Below, piece after piece: positions 62,586 to 64,000 of a stretch of 64,000 nucleotides of DNA (its first letter is position 1; each line of letters opens with the position of its first letter). The notes under the pieces are model-generated. The model was not told the origin of the DNA. It ran no database searches and saw only the letters and a program-made list of their open reading frames with translations. The translations under genes were made by a program, and so were the position numbers. The stretch lies in the IMG/VR virus record IMGVR_UViG_3300021185_002017; one strand, 5' to 3'. Source of the stretch: a virus (lineage: Duplodnaviria > Caudoviricetes).

Positions 62586-62593
62586 TATTTATG
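62586..62593 (-). promoter_or_regulatory. Late promoter variant CATAAATA heading the curli operon
   Basis: Immediately downstream of the terminator at 62607. Confidence 0.55.
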
Positions 62594-62606
62594 ACTTTGG
62601 AGCCAT

Positions 62607-62635
62607 AAAAAAAGCACTCCGAAGAGTGCTTTTTA
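62607..62635 (-). terminator. Intrinsic terminator AGCACTC-TTCG-GAGTGCT (third copy; U-tracts on both sides)
   Basis: Read directly, after the fibre gene. Confidence 0.85.
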
Positions 62636-62653
62636 TAATACCTAAGTATTGGT

Positions 62654-64000
62654 TTACATCATGTTAACTAGTACTTCGATAACGCCTTCGCCGTCTTCGT
62701 TTGCACTAATTGCTTTACCAATGATATGTCCTGCTTGTGCTGCATTGTCTGCTTTAGCCATGCCGCCTTGTGCTGAAACAAGTAAGTCACCTTTAGCAAC
62801 TGGACCGCTTACCTTACAAGGTACTCGTCCTGCTAATGCTACTGGTAATGCTATACCTGGGCAGTCTGCATTCATTAAGTGAGCTGGGTCTGTTGAGATA
62901 ACACCAACTACAGCACTGTCGCTTTCGCTGTCTGTTGCTGTAATTTCTTTCTCGCCACCAAACTTAACAACTGTGCCTGCTTCGTATTCTGCATCTGCTT
63001 CATAGTTCTCAGCCAAGTCAGCGTATCTTGCTGAAGTTGCTGTTGCACTAATTGTACCAGCACTAAAGTTACCTGAGCTGTCTCTTGCTACAACTTTACT
63101 TGCTGTGTTAGCACTTGTTGCATCAACTGATACTGTATCTGCTGCTACTACAATGTAAGATCCTGCACCAACATTTAGTGTTGCGCCACCGCTTGTAGCA
63201 CCACCTGTTAAACCAGATCCTGCTGTAACTGCTGTAATGTCACCAACTGTTGTTGAATAACCGTAACTTAAAATCTTGTCTTCAATAGCTGCTGAAGTCA
63301 TTAACGATGTATCGTTGTTTGCAAAACTCTCTGTACTTATTTGTAGTGTACTACCTGCAAAGTGAGAAGTTGTTAAACCACTTACATTTAATGTTGCTGT
63401 ACCACTTGAAGCACCGCCACTTAAACCAGATCCTGCTGTAACACCAGTGATGTAACCTGTATCTGTTAAACTAATAGCACCTGTGCTATCATCATATGTA
63501 ATACCAGTTCCGCCACTAAACAATCCTCTGATTGTAGCATCACTTCTATCTGAGTCTGTGAAACTAATTACACCAGTTGTGCTGTTGTATGAAATGTCAC
63601 CACTTGCACTAATTGCTGCTCTAGCTCTTGCAGTTGTATGGTAAAGGTTAGTTGAACCTTCACTAACACCGTCTGTATCACTCTGTGTATAACTAATAAC
63701 ACCTGTTCCTGAGTTATAAGAAAGTGAACCAGTTGCACTAATTGCTGCTCTAGCTCTTGCTGTTGTATGATATAAGTTACTTGAACCTTCTGAAACATCG
63801 TCAGTGTCGCCACTTAGTTCGCTTAAAGCATCTTTTGTATCAACTTGTGCATCAACATAAGTTTTTACTGCTAACTGTGATGGTGCTAAACTATCTGAAG
63901 CACTTGCAAAAGAGTCATCATCGTCAATTGCTGCTTGTACTCTAGCATCTGCTAATGTATTAACATATGAATCAGTAATCGAAACGCTGTCTGCTGCTAC
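62654..64000 (-). CDS. Tail fibre/virion structural protein, 5'-partial, with C-terminal autoproteolytic-chaperone-like domain
   Basis: The frame is open from the window end (449 codons), so the ORF-track start at 63523 is internal. EGSxNLYHTTARAR repeats; ARYADLAENY...GVISTDPA...VALAGRVPCKV. Confidence 0.8.
   Translation of the reverse strand, partial: VAADSVSITDSYVNTLADARVQAAIDDDDSFASASDSLAPSQLAVKTYVDAQVDTKDALSELSGDTDDVSEGSSNLYHTTARARAAISATGSLSYNSGTGVISYTQSDTDGVSEGSTNLYHTTARARAAISASGDISYNSTTGVISFTDSDRSDATIRGLFSGGTGITYDDSTGAISLTDTGYITGVTAGSGLSGGASSGTATLNVSGLTTSHFAGSTLQISTESFANNDTSLMTSAAIEDKILSYGYSTTVGDITAVTAGSGLTGGATSGGATLNVGAGSYIVVAADTVSVDATSANTASKVVARDSSGNFSAGTISATATSARYADLAENYEADAEYEAGTVVKFGGEKEITATDSESDSAVVGVISTDPAHLMNADCPGIALPVALAGRVPCKVSGPVAKGDLLVSAQGGMAKADNAAQAGHIIGKAISANEDGEGVIEVLVNMM
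63562..63809. repeat. Two 129-bp (43-aa) tandem repeats in the fibre gene
   Basis: DxDxVSEGSxNLYHTTARARAAISAxGxxSYNSxTGVIS x2. Confidence 0.85.

Noticed and set aside
63568-63813. 81-aa minus-strand ORF
   Set aside because: Out-of-frame overlap with the fibre gene, whose true frame is open to the window end.
1-64000. tRNA, rRNA, integrase, transposase, reverse transcriptase or DGR
   Set aside because: No cloverleaf, motif or repeat pair was recognised by eye. A tRNAscan-SE or Infernal run would be needed to exclude divergent RNAs.

Overview
This 64-kb, AT-rich window comes from a large T4-like myovirus genome whose gene order differs from T4. The host is probably a marine Gram-negative bacterium: the phage carries a TonB-dependent receptor, lipoproteins, curli genes and AGGAG Shine-Dalgarno sites, and a SAR86-like gammaproteobacterium is an inference only. 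Almost all genes are on the minus strand. In order along the window: (1) 1-13.2 kb, a late cluster of probable head-internal and decoration proteins, including a >1758-aa amidoligase-domain protein missed by the ORF track and a KWDG nucleotidyltransferase-like protein; (2) helicase, primase and a 189-aa mini-DnaE; (3) an early metabolic block with an FG-GAP lipoprotein, MazG, ThyX and metK-apt-MTA/SAH nucleosidase; (4) uvsW, a TonB-dependent receptor, an AAA ATPase, uvsY, uvsX and gp32; (5) packaging, tail and neck genes (terL, terS, gp4, gp19, gp18, gp13, gp14, gp15) interrupted by a fatty-acid desaturase, a B12-radical-SAM plus NDP-sugar epimerase pair, lysozyme and a bacterioferritin-like gene; (6) an 8.5-kb envelope module with csgF, csgG, two curlin-repeat proteins, a FecR-domain protein, lipoproteins and a CHASE2 adenylate cyclase; (7) a partial tail-fibre gene. 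Regulatory signals are unusually clear: near-consensus sigma70 promoters (two with an IHF-like box at identical spacing), about 20 late promoters with consensus GATAAATA, many placing the ATG at the predicted +1 (leaderless mRNAs), and intrinsic terminators. The main leads are the curli-FecR-cyclase trans-envelope module, a candidate -1 programmed frameshift inside it, and a distributed B12/SAM supply-and-recycling set around a class B radical SAM enzyme. No tRNA, rRNA, CRISPR array or IS element was recognised.
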